Below, piece by piece: positions 26,487 through 40,600 of a DNA stretch of 64,000 nucleotides. This DNA comes from Trichinella spiralis. Taxonomy: Eukaryota. Location: assembly GCF_000181795.1 (NCBI RefSeq), contig NW_003526941.1, positions 10,222,856-10,286,855 of the forward strand, written 5' to 3'. The translations under genes were made by a program, and so were the position numbers. The notes beneath the pieces are model-generated. The model did no database searches and had not been told where the DNA came from. It saw only the letters and a program-made list of their open reading frames with translations. Every line of letters begins with the position of its first letter. Within the stretch, counting starts at the first letter, position 1.

Positions 26487-27024
26487 TTTTCATAAATAAC
26501 GATACTGTATATCTGAAAGCAGAAAAATAATAACAACAACAATAACTACTACTGCTACTACGATTCATGTCATGTGAACAAACTGCCCAGTTGTAAATTA
26601 ATACAAAGCACACCAATATGGCTATATTTATATCATGTGATATAATCGACGTATCAGTTTTTAAAATAAACAACACTTCACTCGGCATAGTAAAATGAAA
26701 TTCAAAATCACGCTTTTCACAAAACCATAAATCCAATGCAATATTATGACAAATTGAATGAAAGATGCAAAAAATTTCATTTTTCTACATCATTTTCAAT
26801 ATTACACAAAAAAAGCAGACGCGCACAGAAGTATATTTTCTATCATTTGATTTACTTTTACAATTAGTTGAATTTAAATTTTCACTAATATAAATTAAAG
26901 TTTTTTCTCAGTTGAAAAAATTATTAATTTAATTTATCATTATAATATATTCAAATAATTCACTTTCAACCATTGAAACTTGATTCTTATTTATCCTACT
27001 GTAACAGAGCTGCAGTTTTCAACA

Positions 27025-28641
27025 ATGAGCGATACATATCACCACAAAAATTCTCCAGAAGAAGAAGAAGAAAATGGACCAGTGAAAAAGAAGTTCAAAG
27101 TAGAAGTTTCAGCTGAAAAGTTGAATGTTTCGAAAAATCCTGATCATGTGAATGAAGTGGACAATCATGTGGATGAAGAAGAATCAACGTTAACGTTGCC
27201 CAGTGAGCCACAGTTGAATCTCAGTCGTTCTTGTCCATATTTAGATTCAATAAATCGTCAAGTTTTGGATTTCGATTTTGAAAAATTGTGCTCCGTTTCG
27301 CTGTCCCACTTGAATGTCTACGCTTGCCTAGTATGCGGTAAGTATTTCCAAGGACGTGGAAACAATACCCACGCTTATACGCACAGTGTGGATATTGGAC
27401 ATCGGGTGTTTTTAAATCTGCAGACGCTTCGCTTTTACTGCTTACCGGACAATTATGAAATTATCGATTCTTCTCTGGACGATATTAAATATGTGCTCAA
27501 ACCAACGTATTCGCCGGAGCACATCAGCACTTTGTCGAGCAATACGAAACTGAGTCGCGCTTTTGACGGCACTACCTATTATCCAGGCATGGTTGGTTTG
27601 AACATCATCAAAGCCAACGATTACATGAATGTCATTTTGCAAGCGCTTGCGCATGTTCCTCCACTGCGCGACTATTTCCTCTGTGAAGACAACTACAAAA
27701 ATGTCAAACGACCTCCTGGTGATAAAATGGTACTGTTGTATCAACGTTTTGGTGAATTGATCAGAAAAATGTGGAACCCGAGGAATTTCAAAGCGCACGT
27801 CTCACCTCACGAGATGTTACAAGCGGTCGTGCTTTGCAGCAACAAGCGCTTCCAAATCACCGAACAGGGCGATGCAATCGACGTGCTTTCTTGGCTGTTG
27901 AATGCACTGCACGTTTCACTGAATGGAACCAACAGGACCGACTCCAGTATTATTTACCGGACTTTTCGTGGCAAAATGCGTACATTCAAGCGCCAAGTGC
28001 TGCCAGTCGACGCTAACGAAGAAGAACGTACTCGTCTGTTGCTAACCGAAGAGTACCAAGAACGAGTGCAAAATCTGCCATTCCTATTCCTGACTCTCGA
28101 CCTACCGCCAGCACCACTTTATAGGGATGAATTTTTTCAAAACATCATACCCCAAGTTCCACTGGCCGCACTGTTGGCCAAGTTCAACGGCATCACAGAG
28201 AAAGAGTACAAAACGTACAATGAAAATATTATGAAGCGTTTTGAAATAACTCACCTACCGCCCTATTTAATCATGTTTGTCAAACGTTTCACGAAAAATC
28301 ATTTTTATGTGGAAAAAAATCCCACTATTGTCAACTTTCCAATTCGCAATGTCGATTTGTACGACTATCTGTCTGAAGACGGGAAGAAACGGCATCCATA
28401 TACCACTTACGACATGATTGCGAATATTGTTCATGACGGAAAGCCGGATCCTGGAGAAGGCTCTTACAGGATACAATTGGTTCACAAAGGGACCGGGAAA
28501 TGGTTCGAATTGGAAGATTTGCATGTCAAAGAAATTCTGCCACAAATGATCACACTCACCGAATCCTACATTCAAGTATGGGAGATGAATTTCGAAAAGA
28601 CCAGAGATCAACGCAGCGGCGAAGAGACTATGGAAGAATGA
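27025..28641 (+). CDS. USP39: U4/U6.U5 tri-snRNP-associated protein 2 (USP39/Sad1; ZnF-UBP plus inactive USP domain), single exon
   Basis: CPYLDSINRQVLDFDFEKLCSVSLSHLNVYACLVCGKYFQGRG, GLNIIKANDY (Asp at the catalytic Cys position), WNPRNFKAHVSPHEMLQAV, EKNPTIVNFP. First ATG is at 27025. Confidence 0.96.
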   Translation: MSDTYHHKNSPEEEEENGPVKKKFKVEVSAEKLNVSKNPDHVNEVDNHVDEEESTLTLPSEPQLNLSRSCPYLDSINRQVLDFDFEKLCSVSLSHLNVYACLVCGKYFQGRGNNTHAYTHSVDIGHRVFLNLQTLRFYCLPDNYEIIDSSLDDIKYVLKPTYSPEHISTLSSNTKLSRAFDGTTYYPGMVGLNIIKANDYMNVILQALAHVPPLRDYFLCEDNYKNVKRPPGDKMVLLYQRFGELIRKMWNPRNFKAHVSPHEMLQAVVLCSNKRFQITEQGDAIDVLSWLLNALHVSLNGTNRTDSSIIYRTFRGKMRTFKRQVLPVDANEEERTRLLLTEEYQERVQNLPFLFLTLDLPPAPLYRDEFFQNIIPQVPLAALLAKFNGITEKEYKTYNENIMKRFEITHLPPYLIMFVKRFTKNHFYVEKNPTIVNFPIRNVDLYDYLSEDGKKRHPYTTYDMIANIVHDGKPDPGEGSYRIQLVHKGTGKWFELEDLHVKEILPQMITLTESYIQVWEMNFEKTRDQRSGEETMEE

Positions 28642-29699
28642 TTCATGTGCTGTTGCTTTAATATTTTTTTATTGGATAGATTAAGTAAATTTTAAATTTC
28701 ATTTCAAACAACTCTTGACCTCTACCCAATTGCACCGCTTTAACAAATGGTTGAAATGTGCAAATTATTCGCTTAAGTAGTGCATGTCAAAATTCAAATA
28801 TACACTAGAAAAGTAGCCATTTTGTAGAGATGGAAATTTGAAGGCATAAAAGTAATTATTAGGGTAATTTAGGATAAAAAATTATTTATCACAGTTTAAA
28901 ACAGATGATATATGTCTGTGTGTAAGGGGAAGATTCAAGTTCAGGATTTTCGTCGCGAAAAAATTCTCTTCAACGAACTATTATTCAACTGTCTCAAAAT
29001 ATTGATGGAAATGTTTTACAAAATTAAATATAGCATATTTAAAAAATATTTCAACTTTGAAAAATTAAAAACAAATTGTTTACTTACATAGTCAGTTTTC
29101 AAATACAATTCTCAATGCAAAATTACAATAAGTTAAAATAAGTCACGTACACAAGTTATCTATGCACTTTCATTTTCTACAGTACAAATATGTTAAATGA
29201 AGGTGCATATTGTATTAAATTATTCATTGTACTTAAAAATTTACTTTAGTGCTTTCAATTTGAAAAAATACAATGCTACAGAAGATTCATTCAACTCACT
29301 AAGCCGATTCCGTCAATGATTAAATTATATACATTAATCAAGATGTTAGAAAAGTTGAAATTATGCACGACAACGTATGAATTCTGATTTAAATTTGAAA
29401 GAAAAATTTTATTCAAATTATTTTACAATTTTTCAGTCAATTTTGTAAAATTGCTCAAAACAGAAGAATAAATCGTCTTTTTTTGTTAGTAATCTTTTTA
29501 TAAAAAATACAATCATGCAAATGCATCGATTTTAACAAAAAATTTGTAAATAAAAAATTTGCATTGACTGATAATTTTATTACTTTCAAAACGCTGTGGT
29601 TTTATTACATAAACATTCATTTTTTGAACACAGTACTAGATGTAAAGCAAGTTTAAATTATCTTACTGTATTAAACAAGTGTCACTGTTTAAAATTTAA

Positions 29700-30862
29700 A
29701 AGTGAAACCTGTATAACTTGAAACTTTTATCACTTGCGTATTCTTGTATTAGTTAGTAAAACCTGCGTCGAACGAATGCGTCATGCTGATGCATTAATTT
29801 CAAGCTTGTGCATTTTGAACCGATTTTATCCAAGTGAACCGCATGGTATTTGTGGCGTTATTTTGCGCCTATTATTCATGTTGTTCATTCATGTGTGAAC
29901 CTGTGTTCAGGATACGGTAGTTCTGATACTCTTTTTACATACATTTTTTACTGCTGCTGCCTGCCACCCTTGTTATTCGACGTAAAAGTTTATTGATGAA
30001 TCGTTCAAAAAAAGTCGAGTTCTTAATGAACTGACTCTAGGGGAGAAAAGGGACGTTTTGGAGAAATTGCGCACAGGGAAAATGTCGATGTGAAAAGTTG
30101 CGTCTGAATATGGTATTGCTTTATCAACTGTCAGCAACATACGGATAAATGAAGCTCAAATTCTATCTCAATTAGATGGCAGTTTGTCGAAGTCAAGATG
30201 TCGGAGAATGCGCAAAACGGTCAATGCAAAGAAGTTTCAGTTTTTCGTTCGCTGTCGAGCCAAATTGATACCAATATCTGGACAATTGCTTCAAACGAAT
30301 GCAATCGACATTGCTAGAAAGATGGGCATAAAGCAATGGTTGGCTGGAATCATTTACGCGTCGCCATATAATATAAAATTTTGCATGACTTCCGGTGAAG
30401 CAGCTAACAGGTCGAACCGAGTATAATTGAACTTAATGTACACGAATGCACGGAAGAAACTGCTGATCAAACTTTAATCGAAGAGTTGCTTTCAAAATCG
30501 AATGCCAACAAAGATGTGTTATCTGTAAAAGTTGAGGATCCCCTTAAGGAGAAATTGACCTATTCGGAAGCAATAACAATCAAAGATATTCGTTTCAAGA
30601 GCACCCTGATCTAGCGCCAACACTTCTAAATATTGCAACCATGCTGTTAGAAATGGAAGCATAAAAGCGCATGAAACGCAGCTATCAATCTAGTATTTTC
30701 GATTATTTAACAGCTGACGACAAATAAAAGAGTTGCCTATTCGTTCGTTAATTTTTAACGAATTGGCTATTATGAAAAGTAAAACCGTTATTTTGCGGCT
30801 AAACCATTGTAAGTTGCAAACTTCTCTGCACGGAGGATGTTCAACTGACACAGGTTTTACTG
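29700..30862 (+). mobile_element. Internally deleted pogo/Tigger-family DNA transposon relic
   Basis: Broken frame ~30000-30410 reads ELTLGEKRDVLEKLRTGKMSM*KVASEYGIALSTVSNI (CENP-B/psq-type HTH), then FFVRCRAKLIPISGQLLQ..IARKMGI / NGWLESFTRRH / SGEAA (Tc5-type HTH). Degenerate TIRs: AAGTGAAACCTGTATAACTTGAA at 29700 vs CAGTAAAACCTGTGTCAGTTGAA on the minus strand ending 30862, followed by TA. No DDE domain is visible. Confidence 0.85.
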
Positions 30863-32045
30863 TACATATATACACTGTACATGAATTTACAGAGTTGAAT
30901 ATTTGAACAATGGTCGCAGAACAGCCGCGCGTCGGTAAGTCTGCAGAACAATTTACCTTTTGATTTCATCATTTGCAATATTTACTATTCTTATTCTTAT
31001 AAGTACATTCGAATGAAACACTGCTATCAAATAGCAAACTGATAAGTGAATGCCAATTATTTGCACTGTTTATGCTAATTTTGTATTATAGTAAATTTGC
31101 AATATAATTCGCAATTAGTGAACGACAAAGCTTGACAAACATTATCATGCAATTAGCAAATTATCACTCTGCATTGTAAAATTTGTTACAAATGTTTATC
31201 GACACTTATAATTGAACCAATTTTTTTAAATCTCTACAAAGTAATAATACCAATAATGATGAATACTTGAAAATTGTTTAGAAATAAATTAGAATAAAAT
31301 TTTACATTTCATACTTACTTGGCTTGATGTATCTTTCGAGAATTTGTTGCAAAGTTCCGGATAAAAAGCAGTGATTTGAGAATAGTGAATTTCAAATATG
31401 CAAATCAAAAATAGAAAAGCAACACTGGCAAAATGCATGCGACAAATAGTGACGCTCATTTCCGAAGTAAAATGAAAGAAGACGCGCAATTAATTAATAA
31501 TGGAACATTTATTTTTACGAAAGATAACAATCATTGTTTGCACAACTTATCACATACATCATCGTGCAGCAATAATTTTCAACACAGAAGATAAGATATA
31601 ATTTTGTTTATAAAATTTTAATTGCATTCAATCGCTATTTTTCATTATAACCTATAATATCTAATCTAATCTAATCTAAAGTTTCCAATATTTTTAATAA
31701 ATAGCTAAAGGTATTCAACTAAATTTAATACTTTTTCTCCACGCAAATGCTGAAATATAATTAATTTTACAGAAAAATATATGCGCTGACAAATAATACG
31801 CTGTTTTCTTTAATTTCAGTGGACTAATTTTACAATGAACATAACAATCACTGTTTGCTTAAAAATATAAATTCATTCAAGCTAAAATTTATTATAAACT
31901 GAAAAAAAGACAAATGTACAGTTGATATAAATAACCTCATATACATATATATATAATAGGTATGTATGTTTATAAGATAATTATTGCGCCTTATTATTAT
32001 TATTAATATTATTATTAATGCTGGGGTAGATCAGCAAAAGGTTGA

Positions 32046-35000
32046 CTACAGTTTCACTGTATCATCGACTGAGCTTTCTGTAATTGCGTTCACAAGACGT
32101 TCCATTTCCACCAATGAACGACTAAATTATAAAACACAACACATAACATATTAAATATAATATGAAACCATTTGCATTGAAAAATAATAATAAATAAATA
32201 AACTCACGATGAATGAATGCGATCTAATTTCAGCGCAGCTAAAACGGCGTCGTGCAATGTGACAAAAACATACTCTTTTGGTACAACATCGAAAAAGTTC
32301 GCTTTGAATAATATACGTCGAACTGATGCTAAAATGGTAAATGAAATATTTCAATAAAAAAAGCATTTAAATGGAGAGAGAGAGAAAAGTTTTTCCTACG
32401 ATTGCAATTGGCAAAAAATACAGTAATGCCGAGTTCATGCATCTCATTGTAAACCTGAAAAATAAAGACAGAATAAAAATGCATATGCAAATGGAAATTA
32501 AAATACGAAAAGCAAAAGACCTACCTGCTTCATCACATTGACACCCATCAGATCCACATAACTGAATCCTGAACAATCGATGACGATGTGATGCAATTCA
32601 ATTTCAGGCATTGCTGCTGTTTCAGAGTTGTTCTTCTTATCTGGAGAAGCATTTTTGCCAGCTGCAGCACTTTGTTGCTTTTGTTTGTAACGTTCTATGT
32701 CAATTCCACATCGTTTGTACAATTTCGGTCTGAAGTGTTCAACGTTTGCATAGTATAGAGGTGCAGTAAAATGGAACACCCGGATTCCAGGGATAACATG
32801 CACCTAATAAATAAATTAAGAAATAATAATAATGAGTGAATGAATGATCGATAGATAACTGTTGCATTATAATAAATTGCAAGAAATCAAAACGAAAAGA
32901 AAAACTTTGCTTTTACTTTGTTATATTTAGTTACTTCACCGTATATATCAGAGTGTTCGACAGTGCCAAGTTCTTGAACAGTTGGACTGAAAAAAGTGGA
33001 ATAAAGTGAAAATCAATTCTCCTCGCTTATTTTCATACAACAACTATTGCTCACCATTGCGTACGATAAATGACAGTAAAAAATGCGTACAAAATGCTCA
33101 CAGCCAAACCGTACGTTACATCAATCAATACAACCGCGAGAAACGTAACCAAATAGATAGACTAAACATAGAGAAAAATTTGATTATTTTTTTAAACAAA
33201 CAATAAATGAAAACTAAATATGTAAATTATAATATTACGAATTCAATTTTGCACGTTTTCCACAACGGCTTCAAGTCTTTCAATTGTCTGAGCATAAAAA
33301 AGCAAGCTACGACAATCATCGATGCCAAACAGAACTTAACGAAACAACAGCATATGTAGAGAAAATTTTGTTTTCTTCTTTTTGAAACTTTTCTACTTAC
33401 CACTGGCAATTGTTCCAAATATGGTGCAATGAAAAGTATAGTAATGACGACAATCAACGTTCCAATAATGGCCGCTAACTTAACGTGTGAAAATCAACGA
33501 ATAAAATTAATAAAACAGCAAACAAAAAATTATTATTATTACTTGACTCGTTCCACCTGCTCCTTCGTAGACCAAAATTCGTGATAGTGAATTGCCAGCC
33601 GGCCAACTTTGAAACACTGCACCAATGCAGTTCATTCCACCGTAGGCGAAAAATTCCTACGAATAAAATTTGTAGGAATTGTTTGAAAATTTGCATTGAA
33701 AAAAAAACATCAAAATCAAATATACCTGATAGGGATTGATTTTGTAATTGTGCTTTTTTGCGTACAATTTGCAAAGTGAAACGCTCAACGAATAGGCAAC
33801 GATGGCCAAAATGAGCACATCTATTACGAGCTTTTGCATCAGATCAAAACGTGGAATCACGGGTGTTGGAAAACTGTGAATGTTATGCAAATATGTACAT
33901 TTTTTTCATGAATGTTAAATAAAGAAGAATAAAACGAAAAAGAGCACAGAAAACATCCTGCACCACTTACCCGGCTGGAATGTTGCCGACAACGCGCAGC
34001 TTGTACGTCTTTTGCAAATCTGCATAATACGATACCACCGTACCAACGATAACCTGAAGAAGCAGAGAAGTGGAAAAAATTTTTTGCATAAAAAAACATG
34101 ATCTAAAAGTGATCATTGCTTACAACGACCAATTCGCTTGGTAGTGGTACACGCAATTTTTGTTTCACAATCGGATCGATGAGCAGTTTGACGACGAGCA
34201 GAAAAACGATACACACCGTCGAGCCGACAAACGTTGCCCAGTTGGTCCGGTGGATGATGGAGAAAAATTCCACATAAGTCTACAATGCAAGTGTCCGCGG
34301 ATAGGCTGTAGTCAGTGGCAAAGTGCAAGTTACCTACCGCAATCAGCTGGCCAGGTCCATGATGACCAGATACTGTGAGGCCGAACAGCGCAGGAAATTG
34401 GGATGTGAACACGTGAACCGCGATGCCGGTGGTAAAGCCACCAACCAGCTGGTCGGACAAGTATACAGAAACGAAGCCCAATCTCAGCACACCCATCATG
34501 AGCTAATCAATTATGATCTCGATTGTATGATGATGATAATTTTTTTTCAAAAAAACAATTACCAGAAACAAGCCTTCCAACATCGCAGCCGAAACTGCAA
34601 TATCCAATGCAGTATAATCAACCGGCTCTGACACAACGGTATCATTATTGCCTGGCAAAGGCAAATGTTTGTCAATCATGGTACCCATCAACAGGCTAGA
34701 TGTAGCCTCTCCACCTTAACAGATCAGGACAGACAAAGTCAAACAAAGAAGAAGAAGAAGAAGAAGAAGAAAGAATGTTCTGGTAAAGAAAAGAAAATCC
34801 CACCTATGGATGCATGTCTGGATGTTCCAATGATCGCGTATATCAAAGTTGGTATGAAGTTGATGTATAGTCCATGAATTGGACTGACCCGAGCAAGTCG
34901 AGCAAATGCCATACCTGCACAAAATGAATATAAATTAAAGAAAAGAAATGTTGGGTTGTTAGATGAAGTTTCACCTTGTGGAACAGACATCACCCCTACA

Positions 35001-37111
35001 GTAATACCCGCGAGCAGGTCTGATACAAAATAACGTTTCCATTCGTATTTGGGAAGCCATTGAAATATCGGGAAGAAAGTGTAAAAAATGCCAAGAAGAC
35101 GTTCACGATTGCAGTAAAAATTTTTTCGAACCTTCTCTTTGACACGTTCTGACAAGCTGACTGTGTTGTTCTCCTCGCAACCGTAGTGATCTTCAAAATG
35201 GTGCTATAATAAAATAAAATTAAAAAAAAATATGTCGTTAAATTCGTTATACTGTCCACATCATGCTTAACAATACAAAATATTTTGCGTAAAAACCTCT
35301 CCCCACCTACCCCCGCTCTTCCCCAAGTGAAAAATTGTGCAAACAATCAGAAATTGAAATTGTGATAAACAATCCGCTTCAAACTACCATACAATGCCTG
35401 CATGCATTTTGATTTTGATATTTGACCGATGAACAAATTTCACAAATTATCAAATAAATATGCGCGCTCGTCCAGGATGCGTGTAATAGTTCTGTCACAG
35501 CGAATGAAAATTCCATTACCAGTGGCATGAATTTTTGCGTGTCAAATATGCAAAAGGGAATTTTGAATTGAAAATTTAAATTTAAAGAGAAAAGTTCCAT
35601 TGAAAAAAAAAATTCAAAATTCACAAACGGAAATACCAATTTGTAAAAAAGCTCATTTCATCTATAATTTCGTCAATCAATTCTAAATTAGAAAATATAT
35701 TTTTTTCAGCTAATTGAAGTTGAGTTAACAAAAAATAACCGCTGTGATATTAAAATTAAAAAGAGCAAAAAGTAATCTAGTTTCCAACACACGATTTCAG
35801 AAAGATCAAAACAATAATTAATATAAAATTTCCTCCAATGCTAATTTGGATTCTTTTCTGTTCCATATTTTTTCACTTCTTTGAAATTTATTGTAGAAAA
35901 ATTTTAGTTATTATAGATGATAAAAAAACAAATGATACAAAACAACAGCTTTTCCACGTCTGTGTTCGATCACTGCTTCTTGTTGAAGATGAATAAGAGT
36001 AAAAATTGCCAGTCGATCATCACAACAACCTGAACGCATTATTGCCCCGAAGCAGAACAATGTTCACAGCACTAATAACATATATGTATATATATGATGC
36101 ATTATTGCCCTTGATTGACATTTGATTAAAATTGATTGAAAATTTTCGATTAAATTTTCCTTCTTCAATTTTAAATATTATAAAAGTTGGTCGATCAAAA
36201 AAAAAAGAATTATATATGTTTCATGATCAGAGAGTATTTTATTACTATTATTATCATTAGTAGTATTCGTTTTGCTTTTTTCACATATAACTATATTCGT
36301 GGTAAAAACTGGCCCTATTGCTTTTTTCACAATCATTCATTCACATAGCCGGTTTAAAATATTCAAACTTCAAATGGCAGATTTTACAACAACAAAAAGA
36401 ATTTAATAAACGAATGAAAATTGCAGCAAGCAAGCAAATTTGATAGGTGAACAAAAATAAATGATAATTCATAAAAGTTATATTCATTTGTTATTATTAT
36501 TATTATAAAACCGCATGTCAAGTGTTTTTCATCATCATGTCATCCATCTACACCAAATTAGTGATGACACAAGCAAATAATGTCAAACATGTCGTGAGAA
36601 TGGCAAAACATGAGAAAATGAGAAGAAAAGTGCATAAAAAGCATGTCAAAAGGTGGGAAAGTAATGTCACAGCTACCAAGTGGAGATAGAAAAAAAAATC
36701 CCCGAAGAAACATGCACTTATCACTACATCTCCAGCAGCGTGTAACATCTTCATTACACAATGAGGAAGAACGACAACTGCGGATGTTTGAATTTGCATA
36801 TTTTTCGGTGGGATATTTGCGTGATTTGAAAAGAAAACAAAACTTACCAAACTGTATACTGGACGATCGACGACCACTTTACGTCCTTGGTGATGAAGAT
36901 GAAGTTGGCTGGATAGTTGCGTGACGCCGGACAATTTGCGTTTGAAAAATGTCACCAAATTGTTCGCCTTGTGGTTTGCAGCACTGTTCTGCATGCCATT
37001 CGACTGATGCGACGGAGAAGATGGATCTTCGGCATCACTATTGTTGTTGTTGTCGTGTGGTGGCGTATGTTGATGATTTTCATCATTGTTGAAGCCTGCA
37101 TTGTCGGGCAT
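32046..37111 (-). CDS. SLC26/SulP anion transporter (prestin/pendrin-like) with STAS domain, multi-exon
   Basis: FPIFQWLPKY..SDLLAGITVGVMSVPQG|MAFA, GTSRHASIG, YLSDQLVGGFTTG, SLSR..GGTSQ, and STAS motifs APLYYAN, IVIDCSGFSYVDLMG and FVTLHDAV. Exon 1 (37111-36848) splices in phase 0 to HHFEDHYG at ~35203; the protein ends ...DDTVKL* at 32046. Confidence 0.93.
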
Positions 37112-37597
37112 CGTATATTTTGGACGAAAGACAAAAATCGAAAAAGCTCAGCAACAAAAATTTGTCTCAATTGAATTCCAGTAGAAAGCTGCTTGTTTTT
37201 TGAAATGAAAAAATGAATAAGACGACAACAACGAAGAAGAAGATGTTGATGATGATGATGATGTGAAAAAGTCAACTGGTTGTGATCAACCGCTTCTAAA
37301 AATTCCAACAATATAATCACTGACCAGAGAGAATGCAACAGAAATTGAATTAAAATTAAAGAAAAAGCAAATATTTTTTAAATTGCAAACGAATAAAACT
37401 CGCATTTCGAGGATGCAATTGAAAAATGACGCGTTGCAGATTGCAAAACCAAAAACAAAAAACAATACATGCATATTCTTAGCAACAGCTGCAAATAGCA
37501 AAACAAATCTTTGGTTTGCTTGTTTTGGCTAATCTCTACAAAACAGAACAACTAATTTTAATAATAAGAAGAGCCAACTGATGAATGGGAGAAGATT

Positions 37598-37600
<3 letters not shown>

Positions 37601-37631
<31 letters not shown>
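37601..37631. repeat. (AT)n microsatellite
   Basis: Direct observation; similar runs occur at ~12010-12037 and ~12747-12768. Confidence 0.9.
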
Positions 37632-37632
<1 letters not shown>

Positions 37633-40600
37633 GGCCACCGTTAAATATGACAAACCGTCTTCGACGCTTGATCGTTTGTAAAATTGAATAGCTAGAGTAG
37701 CAGACGTTGTTGGCAAAAGCAGGTTGGCCGGATCCAGTCGGTCGCTCGGCGTGAGCTCAACAATTTTTCATCGCGAATTATTTGTCACAGCACTTTGCTA
37801 TTGCTACAACAATTAACTACTCAAGCGCCTCTAGCGGTCATAAATGCATATACACACATACAGATGCGTATTATTAAAAAAAGTCGAACAATTGTACAAA
37901 AAATTACATAATTTTGAAAAAACAAAAACATAAACTTTCTTCCATTCAATAGTAAAATCTGTTTTACTGTAATAATTTGAAGTTACCAAAAAAAAAGAGT
38001 GCCATTCATCAGTTGATCACTGCACAATATACCATGTACAAAATCTAATAGGCTTCATTGTTACTTTCACTTGAAACAACAAATTTGAACAACTGAACTT
38101 ATTTCTTTTGAATAAGAAAGAATTATATGAATCAAGTGAATAAGAAAAAATGAAAATGATGAAATTTGAAAAACAACAATTTATGACAATCATTTTCGAA
38201 AACATGGAATATTTAGTTGTAATATGATGAACGAATAAATTCCGTCCCTGCATCAAACAGGTTCATCAAGGTTGAAAATCATCCAGGTGGAAAACAACTG
38301 ACAGTTTTATTAAATACTTGAAAATTCAAGACAACAACACTATTATCACTACAGCTGCTGCTATAACAACTGCTTCTACTGCATACTTGAATTTCTTTCA
38401 ACAATTCTTAATGTAAAATCTCTTTTTTTTTCTTCGAATTATTCTCCACATTCAAAGTGTTGATTTAACAAGCAGTTTTGAATCAAAATAAATAATACCC
38501 TCCACCTCCTCCTCTTCCTCCTCTTATTATAATACCATGGTGATTGAAAATAAAAATAAAAATCATATTATTATTCAGAAATTTTGAATAAATCTAAACA
38601 AACAATCGTGAAACTGTATAAGCATGATTAAGATGCTGATATGGTAAAAGTGAAAGAGAAATTCAACTGCTAACATAATAAAAATTTCAACTTTTCCAAT
38701 TTATACTACATCAACAGGTTAGAAAATTATTATTAATTATTTTCGACAACAACAACAAAAAATACCAATAAATATAAACAAGATATTGAATAAAGCAGCT
38801 CAATTCAAACATGTGACATTAAACTGAATGACGTGTCAAGCCTCTTCTGTCTGACACGTTTATTTTGGAACAAAAGCGACAAATCTTTTGAAATGAAAGA
38901 ATTTTGAACAGTGTTTTGTTTTACAAGAAAAAAACCAGTTTTTCCCAATAAATCATAGTCACAATAAGGCGGAAATAAAAAAAATCATCGTAATAAAAAA
39001 AATAAAAGAAAAAAAATTTTTTTAATAATAATCACCAAGCTTAAAACATTACCGAATACAATATTTGATAATTCAGTTGAACAAACAATGAATATCAATT
39101 TCCTGTACTGTGAAACAAAAAATTTATTACAATTGATCAGAGCTTTTGTTTTCTTTTTTTTGAAAATATCAAATATGTCAAGAGATTTCCTCTTTCTCTC
39201 ATGGAACATCAGTTGAACATTCACTAGCCGAAAGAACAAAAGAGAAACTTGGTATTAATTGTGGAAAATTTTCACTACTTTTCAGACGATAAAAACCGAA
39301 ATACTGTCATAATTTTATCATCAAAAAACACCAAGAAAACGTAAGCAAAAATTCAAATAATAAAATCGTCCGCAATCGTCAATAATTAAAAATTAATTTA
39401 CATTTAAAAAGAAAATTGACGAATCATTTTTGAAACAACATCATGTGGCACAGTTTGATTATAATGAAACGGAAAGACTTTTCTGCAAATTAAAACCAAA
39501 TAATTTTTACAAATTTGAACAATTGAACATCACATTCACAAACTGTACATTGTCATGCACAAGATGCAATTAATTGTTTCTTTTTTGTACCGTAATCACA
39601 CTCATATCACATGATAAATAATTTAAGTGAATTTTTTTGTTTTTCCATTTTTATTTTTCACATTTCATTCGTGTCATTAATTGGAAAATTTCCTATGAAA
39701 ATAATAATTTAATAATAAATATTAGCTTAGCTCTTCCAAATAGAAAGCATCTAAATTCCAACAAAACAGACAAAATTGCCCAAACTCGAAATCTTGAATT
39801 TGTTTACCTTGCTGCCCGAATTTTACCAGTATAACATTCACATTTTGAATATAATATTTGATTTGTAATGAATAAAAATTCATTTTTTATTTAAAAAATA
39901 CACAAAAAAATTATTACTATACAGCTTAGAAATTTTTCTGCTCAAATATTCTACGCATACAGCTTGTGAAATAACAGTACAAAAATTAGAAATAATTTAC
40001 CATAATTCATTACGTACTATTTTCAATTCTCATGAATATAAATTTGTAAAATAAACCAAGCACAAGTCAGAGATCAATAAATTATATAATTAATAAAGCA
40101 CAACATCACGGTGCAAGTAGGAAAATAAATTACAAAAAAAACCATGCCAACAATGCTAAACTTGAAAATTGTAACAATAAAACTATCATCTGCAGAAAAT
40201 TACAAAAAATAAATACAACATATACCAAATATTTGCTGTGTAATTTAAAGCAAGAACTGACGTCACAATCAAACTAATTTTAGGATAATTTACATTTAAT
40301 TGGCAATTTGAAAAAATACTAGTTGCTAGCATGGAAAGTTTAACAAAAATAATTAAATCATTCATAAATATTTAAATTGAAAGTGATAATTATGAATACA
40401 GATATTCAGTAATGTATCATCTACATTCAGTAATAAGCTTAAAATAAGCGAATGTTGTCAAAAGTTACATTTTCAATTAAACGATTGAAATAACTAGTAC
40501 ATATTAAGGTTCCAGAAAGGTGAAACTGGTGAAATAATTTCACTCTCAATTTATGCAGATACAAAAATTTTTAAGTGATGAAACAACTTTTCACCAGTTT

